Below are positions 21,881 to 33,952 of a DNA stretch of 45,133 nt, in pieces; within the stretch, counting starts at the first letter, position 1, and each line of letters begins with the position of its first letter. Origin of the DNA: Phycisphaera mikurensis (GTDB taxonomy: Bacteria > Planctomycetota > B15-G4 > JADJEK01); contig DYIW01000002.1 in the NCBI GenBank assembly GCA_020723465.1, forward strand, positions 7,048 to 52,180, given 5' to 3'. Under the pieces are notes generated by a model. It had not been told where the DNA came from. It was given only the letters and a program-made list of their open reading frames with translations, and made no database searches. The position numbers and the translations under genes are program-made.

Positions 21881-23059
21881 ATGCTGGTCAAGGAGAAGGT
21901 CGAGCAGGCGGTCGCGTTGCTCCAGGAGCAGGGCGTCGACTGCTGGCTCACGTTCACGCGCGAGAGCCAGATCAACGGCGATCCCACCCTGCCCTTCCTG
22001 CTCGACGGGGACGTGACCTGGCACACCGCGCTCATCGTCACGGCGTCGGGCGACACGCGCGCCATTGCCGGCCGCTACGACGTGAAGGCGATCGAGGACA
22101 CGGGCGCCTACCGGCAGGTGGTGGGCTACGTGCAGGGCATTCGCGAGCCGCTGCTCGCGGCGCTGCGCGAGATCGACCCGAAGACCATCGCGGTCAACTT
22201 CTCGCAGGACAGCGAGGTGTGCGACGGCCTGACGCACGGCATGTACCTGATTCTGTGGGACATGCTCGCCGAGATCGGCTGCGCCGAGCGCATGGTCTCG
22301 GCGGAGCGGATCGTGGCGGCGCTCAGGCAGCGGAAGACCGCGGCCGAGATCGAGGCGATCCGCGGCGCGGTGCGCGCCGCCGAGACCATCTTCGACGAGG
22401 CCGCGGCCTTCATCCAGCCGGGCCGGACCGAACGCGAGATCGCTCGCTTCATGCAGGACCAGGCCAGGAAGGCGGGCCTCGCTCTCGCCTGGGAGGAGCG
22501 CACCTGCCCCTCGGTGTTCACCGGGCCGGACACGGCCGGCGCGCACTACCTGCCCACGGAGCGCGCCGTGGCGCGCGGCCACATCGTCAACATGGACTTC
22601 GGGGTCAAGGCCGGCGGCTACTGCTCGGACCTGCAGCGCACCTACTACGTGCTCGAGGAGGGGGCAAGCTCCGCGCCCGATGAGGTGTGGCGGGGTTTCG
22701 ACGCCGTGGTCGAGGCCATCGACCGGGCGCGCCGCGTTCTCAAGCCGGGCGCGCTGGGGCACGAAGTGGACGCAGTCGCTCGGCGGCACGTGGTGGAGTG
22801 CGGCTTCGAGGAGTTCCCGCACGCGCTCGGCCATCAGGTCGGCCGCTTCTCGCACGACGGCTTCGCGCTGCTCGGGCCGCAGTGGGAGAAGTACGGGCGG
22901 AAGCCCTTCGCGCCGGTCGAGCCGGGCATGGTCTTCACGCTCGAGCCGCGCGTCACCGTGCCGGGCCGCGGCATCGCCACCATTGAGGAGATGGTGCTCG
23001 TCGGGCAGGGAGGAAGCCAGTATCTCTCGACGCCCCAGATGGAGCTGGTGCTGATCTGA
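21881..23059 (+). CDS. Xaa-Pro peptidase family M24 protein
   Basis: DFG...YCSDLQRT, HALGHQVG..SHD, FTLEP and IEEMV metal ligands. Confidence 0.9.
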   Translation: MLVKEKVEQAVALLQEQGVDCWLTFTRESQINGDPTLPFLLDGDVTWHTALIVTASGDTRAIAGRYDVKAIEDTGAYRQVVGYVQGIREPLLAALREIDPKTIAVNFSQDSEVCDGLTHGMYLILWDMLAEIGCAERMVSAERIVAALRQRKTAAEIEAIRGAVRAAETIFDEAAAFIQPGRTEREIARFMQDQARKAGLALAWEERTCPSVFTGPDTAGAHYLPTERAVARGHIVNMDFGVKAGGYCSDLQRTYYVLEEGASSAPDEVWRGFDAVVEAIDRARRVLKPGALGHEVDAVARRHVVECGFEEFPHALGHQVGRFSHDGFALLGPQWEKYGRKPFAPVEPGMVFTLEPRVTVPGRGIATIEEMVLVGQGGSQYLSTPQMELVLI

Positions 23060-23420
23060 GAGGAAGGGAGGGGAGGGAGGGGAGGGGATGTGAGCGGAGC
23101 GATCGGGGCCGTTTCCCATGGCCTCCGGGGCCAGATCGCGACTCCCGGTGCACGGCGTCCGCGACGAACGAGCAGGGCCTCGTCGCAGCGAAGGCGGTGC
23201 TGGAGGTTCAGCGGCATGAGGTACGCCGGGCGTGAAACAGCAACGTCGTCGCTGCTGGCTCCTTCGCCAGGGAAACGCCCCTCCGCTCCCCCCGGGCCCC
23301 GTCTCCGTGCTCGCGGTCGAGGCTGGGCCGTCTCGTCTGCAACACACGTGCGGTTGGCGGTCGCGGGCAAGAGCCCGCTCCCGGCCCAGAATGAATGCGC
23401 GGCGGCGCGGCCGTTTCCAA

Positions 23421-23490
23421 GCAGACCGTCGAAGAAGTGCTCCGTCGCCGAGGCGCCGCCGCAGGCAGGATGACTTGTTCGACGGGCTGC
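23421..23490. repeat. 70-bp element bounded by imperfect 18-bp inverted repeats (MITE-like)
   Basis: GCAGACCGTCGAAGAAGT and ACTTGTTCGACGGGCTGC are complementary at 16 of 18 positions. Confidence 0.55.
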
Positions 23491-23716
23491 GAAACCACGC
23501 AATCGCCGCTCCGCTAGTGCACCGCGCCGTCCCGATACTCGCAGTCAAGGCGGGCCGCTTCGGTACCACTGGCTGGCGGAAGGCGGTCGCGGGCGGCAGG
23601 AGAGCCCGCCCCGGTCCGAGAATGGTGCACCGTGCGAAGCCGCGCAGGGCGGAGCGGGCGCGGCCGCCTTTTCCCACCAGGGAAAGGCCACTTCGGTCCG
23701 CGGACCGGACGCGCGT

Positions 23717-24226
23717 TCAGTGGCGATCAAGGACGGGAAGGGATGGACTGCGCCTGCGAGTCCTCTCGGGATACGGACGATGGAGGGCGCGCCAACTTGC
23801 CCATCCGAGACCGACAAATGCGCCTGCGACCGCCTGAGCGGCAGAGTAGATCTCGACATCGAATCCGGAGAGAGCATATAGCGTACCGCCCGAGAGAAGA
23901 CACCCTGCTCCCGGAAACACGGCCCACGCGGCTCTTGACGAACGGAGTCTTCTGTGGAGGCGTTCGAGAGCCAGAGCAGAGAGAATGGTCAAGGGCGCGG
24001 TAATGGTCACGAGGTTTGCACACATCACCTGTGCGGATCCGCCAAGCGCTTGGCTGGCCCGGATATTGGTTGTCAATCGGATCAGCCCGAACGATGTGAG
24101 CACCGACATCGCCCACCCGAGCGGGAGCGAGAGAACCGTCAGACAGCCGAAGAGGTACTCGATGTCGTATCGACGTCTTCTGCGCCGCCTCGGAGGCCAG
24201 GCAGGTGTGCCGTTCGTTGCTGCCAT
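23717..24226 (-). CDS. Hypothetical membrane protein
   Basis: About four hydrophobic segments. The region is visibly lower in GC than its flanks. Confidence 0.45.
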   Translation of the reverse strand: MAATNGTPAWPPRRRRRRRYDIEYLFGCLTVLSLPLGWAMSVLTSFGLIRLTTNIRASQALGGSAQVMCANLVTITAPLTILSALALERLHRRLRSSRAAWAVFPGAGCLLSGGTLYALSGFDVEIYSAAQAVAGAFVGLGWASWRALHRPYPERTRRRSPSLPVLDRH

Positions 24227-24343
24227 TACGGTATGGCTACTTGAGGCTCAAGTCGTGACGGGAGGTGAGGACTTACCGCAGTACACCAGGCGGGCCTGGG
24301 ATAGTTGATAGGCGAGGGCCACCGCGCGAAGACACGCGGTGTG

Positions 24344-24732
24344 ACCAGGATCTCGTGAACCGTGTCCACCTGGATGGCGCCAGCGGCCAGCGTCATCGTC
24401 ACGGGCGGCTCGACCGTACCCAGCGGATCGGCAACCAGGTCGACGATCACCGCTTCCCGAGCGTCGGACACTCGGATCCGCTGAAAGGAGGCCGCACCGT
24501 GCAACATCTCGACCTCGAGGCGCTCGCCCTCGAGCTGATCGACGACGAGCTGCCGAAGCTGATCCAGCCGCTCGCGCCCGTGCCAGAAGAGATCGAGGTC
24601 GCGAGTGGTGCGGTGCATGAGATGGAAGCCGCAGAGCGCGCCGCCGCCGCTCAGCGTCCAGGCGGGCTCGATGCCGGACAGAACGGCGAGGATCCGGCGC
24701 TGCAGCGGAGAGAGTCCTCCCTCAGGCGGCAC
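24344..24732 (-). pseudogene. AbiEii/AbiGii-type nucleotidyltransferase toxin, 3'-truncated
   Basis: LSGGGALCGFHLMHRTTRDLDLF is the AbiEii signature. Similarity stops at DTVHEILV, where the family usually continues into a K-containing helix and an R...D..D motif; the rest of the frame looks unrelated. Confidence 0.6.
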
Positions 24733-25024
24733 GATCGTCTTTCCAGACTTCCAGGAGCCAGCTCCAGAAGGCGCGCGTGTTGCCGAGGTACCGCTGCACG
24801 TCGGTCCAGAGATCGCGGATCTCTTCGAGCGAGACGAACTCGAACACGTCGTCGGGCTTGGCCTGACGCATGAGCTTGCCGACCAAGTACGCGCGCTTGA
24901 CCTGATCGCCCTCCCTGAGCAGCGCCCGGAACTGGTCCAGCGTCAGGTCGACGTCCCAGAGAAAGTAGGGCCGACCACGGGAGTCGGTCAGTTTCTCGGG
25001 AGGAGTCGGATTCCGGATGCTCAT
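24722..25024 (-). CDS. Small partner protein of the nucleotidyltransferase (putative antitoxin)
   Basis: 100 aa with a PYFLWD motif. Its end overlaps the toxin start, as in coupled TA pairs. Confidence 0.65.
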   Translation of the reverse strand: MSIRNPTPPEKLTDSRGRPYFLWDVDLTLDQFRALLREGDQVKRAYLVGKLMRQAKPDDVFEFVSLEEIRDLWTDVQRYLGNTRAFWSWLLEVWKDDRAA

Positions 25025-25092
25025 GCACGGATCGTACCTCCCCAGTGAACGAGCAGCAATTCGGGGTCTTCGCGAGCGGGCGCGGCGCGCGG

Positions 25093-27390
<2,298 letters not shown>

Positions 27391-27494
27391 GGTCCTGTGA
27401 TAGCCGCCGTGCGCACGAGGGAAGAGAGGACGCGCCGCTCCGTACAATGCTGTGGCGGCAACACACGCCGCGACTGCATTCGAGGAGGAAGTAA

Positions 27495-29033
27495 GTGAGT
27501 CTCCGTCAACCGCTGCTCCTGTTCCTCTTGGCCGTTGCCTTGACGCCCGTGGCGGCCGCGGCCGGCGGCGAGATCGCGCGGGCCGACGACCCGAAGGCCG
27601 AAGTGTTCATCTCCGACCTCTGCGGCGGGCAGGACGACGGCGCTCCTCCCGCGCGGTGCCTCGGCAAGCTCGTGCTCCTCACCGACCTCGACTCCCGCGA
27701 CCCCTATCGCGCGATCGTCGACCTGCTCGAACAGGAGAAGGAGGTCGCCGCCACCATCCCCTACCCCGAGGGGCGGATCGGCGAGGCGCGGCCGGCGCTC
27801 CTCGAGCACCTGCCCGAGTTCGTCATCGTGGCGACACGGCCGGAGCGAATCGACGTGAACCTGCACCTCGACCTGCTGGAGATGGCGGCTGGGCTGGATC
27901 GCGACCCGTTCGTCGACTTCGCCTTCGGCTACGTCACCGGGGCCACGCCCCAGGAGGCGGTCGCCTTCGTCGAGCGGTTCCTCGAGGCCGGCAAAGGAAG
28001 GAAGCTGCCCGCGACCGAGCTGGAGTTCGGGCCGGCCAACGACGGCAAGGGCAGCTACGGCGGCCCGGCGGGACACGCGGTGGCGAAGGGGTGGAAGCGC
28101 TCGTTCGCCTACCACGTGCCGGTGGAGGACATGCTCGAGCGCCGCGCGCAGCTCCACGGGATGGGGATGCTCCGGGCCAGCGGGCACGGCCTGCCGGACG
28201 GCGTCGTGGACGGGATCAAGGGCGCCGACCTGCGGCGCCTCAAGATCGACCTCTCCCCGGCGATCTACTTCAGCGGTCCGTGCTACTGCGGCGTCACGAG
28301 CGCCTTCTACCAGTGGCAGGACGGCGCCTTCCGCCGGCGGCAGGTCGACCCGATGGAGTCGTTCTGCCTGGCGGCGATCGCGTCCGGAGTCACGGCGCTG
28401 TTCGCCGGCCTCGATCCGGACCGCGGCGAGACCACGTCGCAGGAGCTGGAGCACCTCTGGATCCACGGCGACGCGCTCGGGCACGCGGCGAAGGAGACGT
28501 ATGACGGCGTCATCGTGGCGCTGCGCCTGCCGAAGCTCGAGCTCTACCGCTACCAGGACGGGCAGGGACGCCCGTACCGGAACCTTTCGGTGCAGATGAT
28601 CGGGGCGGGAGCGGCCCGGGCGCTGTTCGGCGACCCGACGTTCGTGCCGTGGCCGCCCGCGGCGCCGCCGGCGTTCCCCGTGAGGATGAAGGACAAGAAG
28701 TCCTCACTGGAGCTGACGTGGGCCTCCCGCGCCGGGCCCACGGACTACTGGTCCGCGAACGACGTGTATCACTGCGACGGCGGCTGGACCCATCGGATCC
28801 AGTTCCGGGAGGAGATCCCGCCCGACACGGCGGCGGCCCTGAAGTCGTTCGCCGTCGCCGCGCTCACGGCGGAGGACGAGCCGCTCGAGGGCCTTTTCCC
28901 CACTGCTATGATCGAGCGCTGGGGCGGCAGGGCGTTTCTGCACGTCTACCTGGTGTTCCCGCCGGCCGGCCAGCAGAACGTCTTCTTCGTTCACCGCGAC
29001 TTCGAGGCGCGCTTCTCCTTCGGGAAGAGTTGA
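27495..29033 (+). CDS. Secreted protein with a putative gingipain/C25-like (clan CD) cysteine peptidase fold
   Basis: Signal peptide, then [13 protein letters not shown] and ALFGDP in the order typical of C25-like peptidases. GAGGAGG RBS. Confidence 0.55.
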   Translation: MSLRQPLLLFLLAVALTPVAAAAGGEIARADDPKAEVFISDLCGGQDDGAPPARCLGKLVLLTDLDSRDPYRAIVDLLEQEKEVAATIPYPEGRIGEARPALLEHLPEFVIVATRPERIDVNLHLDLLEMAAGLDRDPFVDFAFGYVTGATPQEAVAFVERFLEAGKGRKLPATELEFGPANDGKGSYGGPAGHAVAKGWKRSFAYHVPVEDMLERRAQLHGMGMLRASGHGLPDGVVDGIKGADLRRLKIDLSPAIYFSGPCYCGVTSAFYQWQDGAFRRRQVDPMESFCLAAIASGVTALFAGLDPDRGETTSQELEHLWIHGDALGHAAKETYDGVIVALRLPKLELYRYQDGQGRPYRNLSVQMIGAGAARALFGDPTFVPWPPAAPPAFPVRMKDKKSSLELTWASRAGPTDYWSANDVYHCDGGWTHRIQFREEIPPDTAAALKSFAVAALTAEDEPLEGLFPTAMIERWGGRAFLHVYLVFPPAGQQNVFFVHRDFEARFSFGKS

Positions 29034-29063
29034 CGCGCGGGCCGCCGGAGACGACGAGAGCCC

Positions 29064-30044
29064 TCAGGGCGCGCGCGGCGCGCCTTCCCACCCCTGGGAA
29101 GCGGCGCAGTCCCTGAGGTCGTCCACGACCTGCTGCACGCTGTCATAGTGAGCGGTCGGTCGCAGCGAGAAGCGCTCCAGGATCCGGCAGAGGGCGCCCG
29201 GCAGGTACGGGAAGATCTTGCCGAGGTTCATGACGCGGTGCGGGAAGAACATCGAGCCGTCCTCGTCGGAGAGGCGCGCGGCCAGGTCGGGCCGGGCGGC
29301 GAACAGCTCGCGGAAGACGAGGAAGCGCCCGGCCACCACGAGGTGCAGGATGTTGCCGAGCGCCCAGACGTCGAACGCGGGACCGTCCTGAAGCAGGTCG
29401 AAGTCGATCCAGCGGAAGCGACCGCTCTCGCCGTCCACGATGATGTGGTCGTTTCGGATGTCGCCGTGGCAGAGCCCGGCTTGATGCAGGCCGGCTATGG
29501 CGGCGAAGCAGTCGATGGTCTGCGCCAGGATCGCGGGGAAGCGCACCTGGAAGTAGTCCTCATGCGCCTGCGCGCGGCCCGACACGTGCTCGATCAGGGT
29601 CTGCCCGGGGATGAAGTCGATGACGCGCACCAGGTTGCCGCGGCTGTCGCGGATGGCGCGGCCCTGCATGAAGCGCGTGTCGCCGCGCGCGAACTCGAGC
29701 ACGCGGCTTTCCTTGTCGCCGCTGCGCACGCACAGGATCTCCTGGCCGGCGATGCTCACGATGAAGCGCTCCTCGCAACGCAGCTTCAGGATGAACTTCT
29801 TGCCGCTGCCAAGGGCCACGGCGCGCTTGACCCAGAACTTCGGCTGCTCGTCGATGCCGAAGCGGCCTTCCTTCTCCACGCAGCGCACCAGGTACAGCTC
29901 GTCATCGAGCGCGATGAGGTCGTCGCGGTCGATGTACATGTAGCTCGTCGTGTCCGTGAACACGCGCGGCGGGCCCAGGATCTTCCTGCCGAGGATCTCC
30001 TCGATCCTCTCCTGGATCCAACCCGATCGATCCGGCGCCGGCAT
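29064..30044 (-). CDS. Ser/Thr protein kinase-like protein
   Basis: ILK lysine, catalytic loop HGDIRNDH, IDFD in place of DFG, and DVWALG. Confidence 0.8.
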   Translation of the reverse strand: MPAPDRSGWIQERIEEILGRKILGPPRVFTDTTSYMYIDRDDLIALDDELYLVRCVEKEGRFGIDEQPKFWVKRAVALGSGKKFILKLRCEERFIVSIAGQEILCVRSGDKESRVLEFARGDTRFMQGRAIRDSRGNLVRVIDFIPGQTLIEHVSGRAQAHEDYFQVRFPAILAQTIDCFAAIAGLHQAGLCHGDIRNDHIIVDGESGRFRWIDFDLLQDGPAFDVWALGNILHLVVAGRFLVFRELFAARPDLAARLSDEDGSMFFPHRVMNLGKIFPYLPGALCRILERFSLRPTAHYDSVQQVVDDLRDCAASQGWEGAPRAP

Positions 30045-30180
30045 GTGCGCTTGCCTCCAGCCGCTCGCGCGGCGTTCGCGGAATCGCGGATTCTAGCAGC
30101 CCGGCGCGGGCCCGGGCGTCGACCGTTCCGTTGCCTGCTGGTAGACTCCCCGTCAGGAGGCCAACCGCAGGTCAAGCGCC

Positions 30181-30471
30181 ATGAGACTGCAAGACGCCCT
30201 TCGCCTGCTGAGGGAGCACCGCGAGGAGCTGCGGCGTCTGGGCGTGAAATCTCTGGCCATCTTTGGATCGGTCGCGCGCGGCGAAGCCGATGCCGCGAGC
30301 GATGTCGATGTCCTCGTCGAGTTCATCCATCCCGTCGGGTTCTTCCGCTTCCTTGACGTGAGGGACCGTCTCGAGGCCATCCTCGGCAGGCGCGTGGACC
30401 TGGCTCAACGCGATGCACTGAAGCCCGCCTTGCGCGAGCGCATCCTGAGTGAGGCCGTGGATGCCGCGTAG
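30181..30471 (+). CDS. MNT nucleotidyltransferase antitoxin (MntA-like)
   Basis: FGSVARGEADAASDVDV fits GSx10DxD; also GRRVDL. Confidence 0.9.
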   Translation: MRLQDALRLLREHREELRRLGVKSLAIFGSVARGEADAASDVDVLVEFIHPVGFFRFLDVRDRLEAILGRRVDLAQRDALKPALRERILSEAVDAA

Positions 30472-30811
30472 GGAGTGGTTCTTTCGCGTCCAGGACATGC
30501 TCGACGCGCTGGCGCGGATCCGCGAGTACACGGCGTCACTCGACGAGGTGTCGTTTCGTTCCAATCGTCTGGTGGTCGACGCCGTCATTCGCAACATCGC
30601 GACGCTGGGGGAGGCGGCCAGCGCCGTACCGTTTGACGTTCGCGAGAGGCACCCCGCAATACCCTGGCAGAAGCTCGTGTCCATGCGAAACGTCCTCGTC
30701 CACGAGTACTTCGGCATCAGCCTGGAAGTCGTCTGGCGAACGATCCAGGACGATCTCCCTCCACTGAGTACCTTGCTGGCCGATCTCGATAAGGCCGAAG
30801 GCGGACCGTAG
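30461..30811 (+). CDS. HEPN (DUF86) RNase toxin (HepT-like)
   Basis: IPW...MRNVLVHEYFG fits Rx4HxY. Overlaps the MNT stop codon. Confidence 0.9.
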   Translation: MPRREWFFRVQDMLDALARIREYTASLDEVSFRSNRLVVDAVIRNIATLGEAASAVPFDVRERHPAIPWQKLVSMRNVLVHEYFGISLEVVWRTIQDDLPPLSTLLADLDKAEGGP

Positions 30812-31140
30812 GGTTCCGGCGACTCCTTGGTGCTTACTTCGGTGCGCCATTGTTGCCTGTCGCGCGCGACGGACCATGGTGCAGCGGTCGACCCCTTCCC
30901 GCAGACTTGTCGGCGTACGTCGCACGAGTGCATCCGCGACACAAACTGCCATGCGCGATGGATTTACGCCGACGCAGGTGCTCCGCTCGGGCGCTGGCGG
31001 TGCTCCCCGGCGGGTTCTCTTCGCGACCCCGCGCCACGCGGCGAGATCCGAGCTATTCCTTCGCGGGCATGCGCTCCGCGACCGACATCCGGCACGCGGC
31101 ACGGCAGCCACGGCAAGACCAACACGGAGTCCACAAGGCC

Positions 31141-31467
31141 ATGATCAAGCTCACAAACACGGCCAGCGAAGAGGTGAAGAGACTGATCCAGTCCCAGAGC
31201 GGCGCACAGCCGAAGTTCCTGCGCGTCGCCGTGGCCGCGGGAGGCTGCTCGGGCTGGTCGTACCGGCTCGCCTTCGACTCGAAGCAGGAGAAGGAGGACG
31301 TGGTGAGCGAGCAGGAGGGCGTCAAGATCGTGTGCGACCCCCGCTCCTATCGCCTCCTGAAAGACGCCGAGATCCGCTTCGAGGGCGGCCTGCAGGGCCG
31401 CGGCTTCGTGTTTCACAATCCGAACGCCGCCAGCACCTGCGGCTGCGGCGACTCGTTCTGCTCCTGA
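31141..31467 (+). CDS. HesB/IscA family Fe-S cluster assembly accessory protein
   Basis: GGCSGWSY and NPNAASTCGCGDSF motifs. Confidence 0.92.
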   Translation: MIKLTNTASEEVKRLIQSQSGAQPKFLRVAVAAGGCSGWSYRLAFDSKQEKEDVVSEQEGVKIVCDPRSYRLLKDAEIRFEGGLQGRGFVFHNPNAASTCGCGDSFCS

Positions 31468-31554
31468 TCCCGCGCGCCGCGCGTTCGCGCTTGCCGCCAC
31501 GGCTGCTTTCGGCTCTGCTCTGCAGTTCCGACCGCATGTCTCCGGAGGAGCGCC

Positions 31555-33951
31555 GTGGCAGGACGCATCGGGGTCTTCGTCTGCGAGTGCAAGGGGCAGG
31601 TAACGGGGACGATCGACGTGGTGCGCGTGGCGGCGGCCGCGCGCGCCTTGCCCGACGTGGAGTTCGCCGAGCAGGTCGACATGCTCTGCGGCGAGGCCGA
31701 CCTCGGCGTCGCGGTGCGCCGCCTGCGCGACCGCGGCTGCGACCGCATGCTGTTCGCCGGCTGCTCGCCGCGTTCCTCGCTGAAGTTTCCGGAAGAGCGC
31801 ATCGCGCGCGTGATGGGGGGCCTGGGGCAGCCTGACGCGCTGTTCGAGGTGGCGAACATCCGCGAGCAGTGCGCCTGGCAGCACGCGGACCGCGATCTCG
31901 CCACGCGCAAGGCCGTGGATCTGGTGCGCATGGCGCACGCGCGCCTCCTGACCCTCGAGCCGCCGCCCGAGCCCGTGCCCCTGCCCGGCCGCGCGCTGGT
32001 GGTGGGAGGCGGGCCCGCGGGCCTGCAGGCGGCGAAGGACCTGGACGCGGTCGGCGTCGACGTGACGCTGGTGGAGCGCCGGCCCTGGCTCGGCGGCCGG
32101 CTCTGCCAGCTCCTGCGCGTCTACCAGTCCGAGGGGTGGCCGTCGGTGTGCGACAGCTCCTGCGTCGGGCCGGTGCAGTGTAAGGGCGTGCTGCTCTCCG
32201 AGCGCATCCAGGCCTACACGCGCGCCCGCGTGACCGCCGTGGAGCGCGTCGACGGCCGCTTCCGCGTGACCATCGCCGCGGCGCCCGAGCACGTGGATCC
32301 CGCGCGGTGCATCTCCTGCGGCGAGTGCGCGCGCGTCTGCCCGGAGGAGACGCCGCGCCTGGCAGACGAGGGGTTGTCGCGGCGCAAGGCGATCGACAAG
32401 GAGTTCGAGCGGGCGCTGCCCGATTCCTACTCGATCGTGGAGGAGGCGTGCACGCGCTGCGGCGCGTGCGTGCCGGCCTGTCCCACGCAGGCAATCGACC
32501 TCGAGCGCGCGCCGCGGCGCTTCACCGTGGATTACGGTGCCGTGTTCCTGGCTGCGGGCGTCGACGCCCTCGACCTCGCGGCCTACCCGCAGTACCTGCG
32601 TTCGCACCCGAACGTGGTCAGCGGCATCGAGTTCGAGCAGATCATGGCGCGCGGCTTCAAGCGCCCCTCGGACGGCGGCGTCCCCGAGCAGGTCGTCTTC
32701 GTGCAGTGCGCCGGCTCACGCGCCGGCCCGGACAAGGAAGTGGGCGGCGTGCCCTACTGTTCCAAGACGTGCTGCGCGGTGACGGTCAAGCAGGTGGACC
32801 GCATGGCCGCGGCCAACCCGGCCATCGAGGCCACGGTGGTCTACTACCGCGACATGCGCACCTACGAGCGCGCGCTCGAGTCCCTGTACCAGAACCTGCG
32901 GAACGTCGGCATCGAGTTCGTGAACGGCGAGGTGACGGGTATCGAGGGCGCGGGCGACGGCCGCCTGGCGCTGCAGGTCGCTCCTTATGTGCCGGGCGAG
33001 GCCGGCGAGGAACCCGAGCCGCTTCGCCTCGAAGCCGACCTGGTGGTCTTGGCCGCGGCGCAGGAGCCGGCGCGCGGCTCGGCCGAGCTGTTCCGCATGT
33101 TCGGCGCCGGCACCGATCGCCACGGCTTCCCCATCGAGAACCAGCCGCGCCTGTTCCGGCCGACCGAGTCGCTGGTGAACCGCGTGTTCGTGGTGGGCGA
33201 GTCGACCGGGCCGAAGGCGGTGCAGCAGTGCGCGGAGCAGGGCAGCGCCGCGGCCATGCGCGCGCTGCCGGAGCTGCTCGCCGGCCGAACGCTGCCGCCG
33301 CGCTTCGCCAGCCGCATCGACCCGCGTCGCTGCATCACGTGCCGCGTCTGCGAAACGGTCTGCCCGCACGGCGCCATCCGCATCACGGAAGAGGGCGCCT
33401 GCAGCGATCCGGCCTTCTGCCAGGCCTGCGGCCTGTGCGCCGCGGCCTGCCCGGTGCACGCGGCCGAGCTCAGGAACTTCAGCGACCGGCAGATCCTGGC
33501 CCAGGCGGAAGTCGCGTTCCGCGAGCTGCCGGCGGGGGAGCCGCGCATCCTGGCGATGCTCTGCTACTGGTGCTCGTACAGCGCCGCCGACTTCGCCGGC
33601 GTGGAGCGCGTCAAGGCGCCCGCGAACTACCGCGTCATCCGCATGCGCTGCTCCAGCTCGGTGAACACCGGCCTGGTGCTGGAGATGTTCAGGATGGGCG
33701 CCGACGGCATCCTGGTGGCCGGCTGCCCGGAGAAGAGCTGCCATCACCTGTGGGGCAACTTCCTGGCGGACAAGCGCACCGACCTGGCGCGCGCGCTCCT
33801 CTCGCAGCTCGGCGTCGAGCCCGGCCGCCTGCGCTTCGAGTACATCGGCGCGCCCATGCAAGCGAAGCTCATGACGGCCTTGCGCGACATGGACAAGAAG
33901 CTGCGCCAGCTCGGCCCGAACCCGGCGGCGCGGGCGGCGGGAGGCGCGTGA
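31555..33951 (+). CDS. Heterodisulfide reductase subunit A-like flavoprotein fused to an MvhD domain
   Basis: GVFVCEC, AGCSPR, NIREQCAW, GGGPAG (FAD) and QCAGSR...YCSKTCC motifs, four ferredoxin motifs, then MvhD-type CYWCSY...RCSS...GCPEKSCH. Confidence 0.9.
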   Translation: MAGRIGVFVCECKGQVTGTIDVVRVAAAARALPDVEFAEQVDMLCGEADLGVAVRRLRDRGCDRMLFAGCSPRSSLKFPEERIARVMGGLGQPDALFEVANIREQCAWQHADRDLATRKAVDLVRMAHARLLTLEPPPEPVPLPGRALVVGGGPAGLQAAKDLDAVGVDVTLVERRPWLGGRLCQLLRVYQSEGWPSVCDSSCVGPVQCKGVLLSERIQAYTRARVTAVERVDGRFRVTIAAAPEHVDPARCISCGECARVCPEETPRLADEGLSRRKAIDKEFERALPDSYSIVEEACTRCGACVPACPTQAIDLERAPRRFTVDYGAVFLAAGVDALDLAAYPQYLRSHPNVVSGIEFEQIMARGFKRPSDGGVPEQVVFVQCAGSRAGPDKEVGGVPYCSKTCCAVTVKQVDRMAAANPAIEATVVYYRDMRTYERALESLYQNLRNVGIEFVNGEVTGIEGAGDGRLALQVAPYVPGEAGEEPEPLRLEADLVVLAAAQEPARGSAELFRMFGAGTDRHGFPIENQPRLFRPTESLVNRVFVVGESTGPKAVQQCAEQGSAAAMRALPELLAGRTLPPRFASRIDPRRCITCRVCETVCPHGAIRITEEGACSDPAFCQACGLCAAACPVHAAELRNFSDRQILAQAEVAFRELPAGEPRILAMLCYWCSYSAADFAGVERVKAPANYRVIRMRCSSSVNTGLVLEMFRMGADGILVAGCPEKSCHHLWGNFLADKRTDLARALLSQLGVEPGRLRFEYIGAPMQAKLMTALRDMDKKLRQLGPNPAARAAGGA

Positions 33952-33952
33952 C

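Noticed and set aside
30905-30975. 9-bp inverted repeat GTCGGCGTA/TACGCCGAC upstream of iscA
   Set aside because: Too short and too widely spaced to support a regulatory or ncRNA call without comparative data.
31440-31520. IscA ending CS-TGA as a possible Sec read-through
   Set aside because: The family ends here, there is no convincing ANGG hairpin at +20, and the downstream frame is not protein-like.
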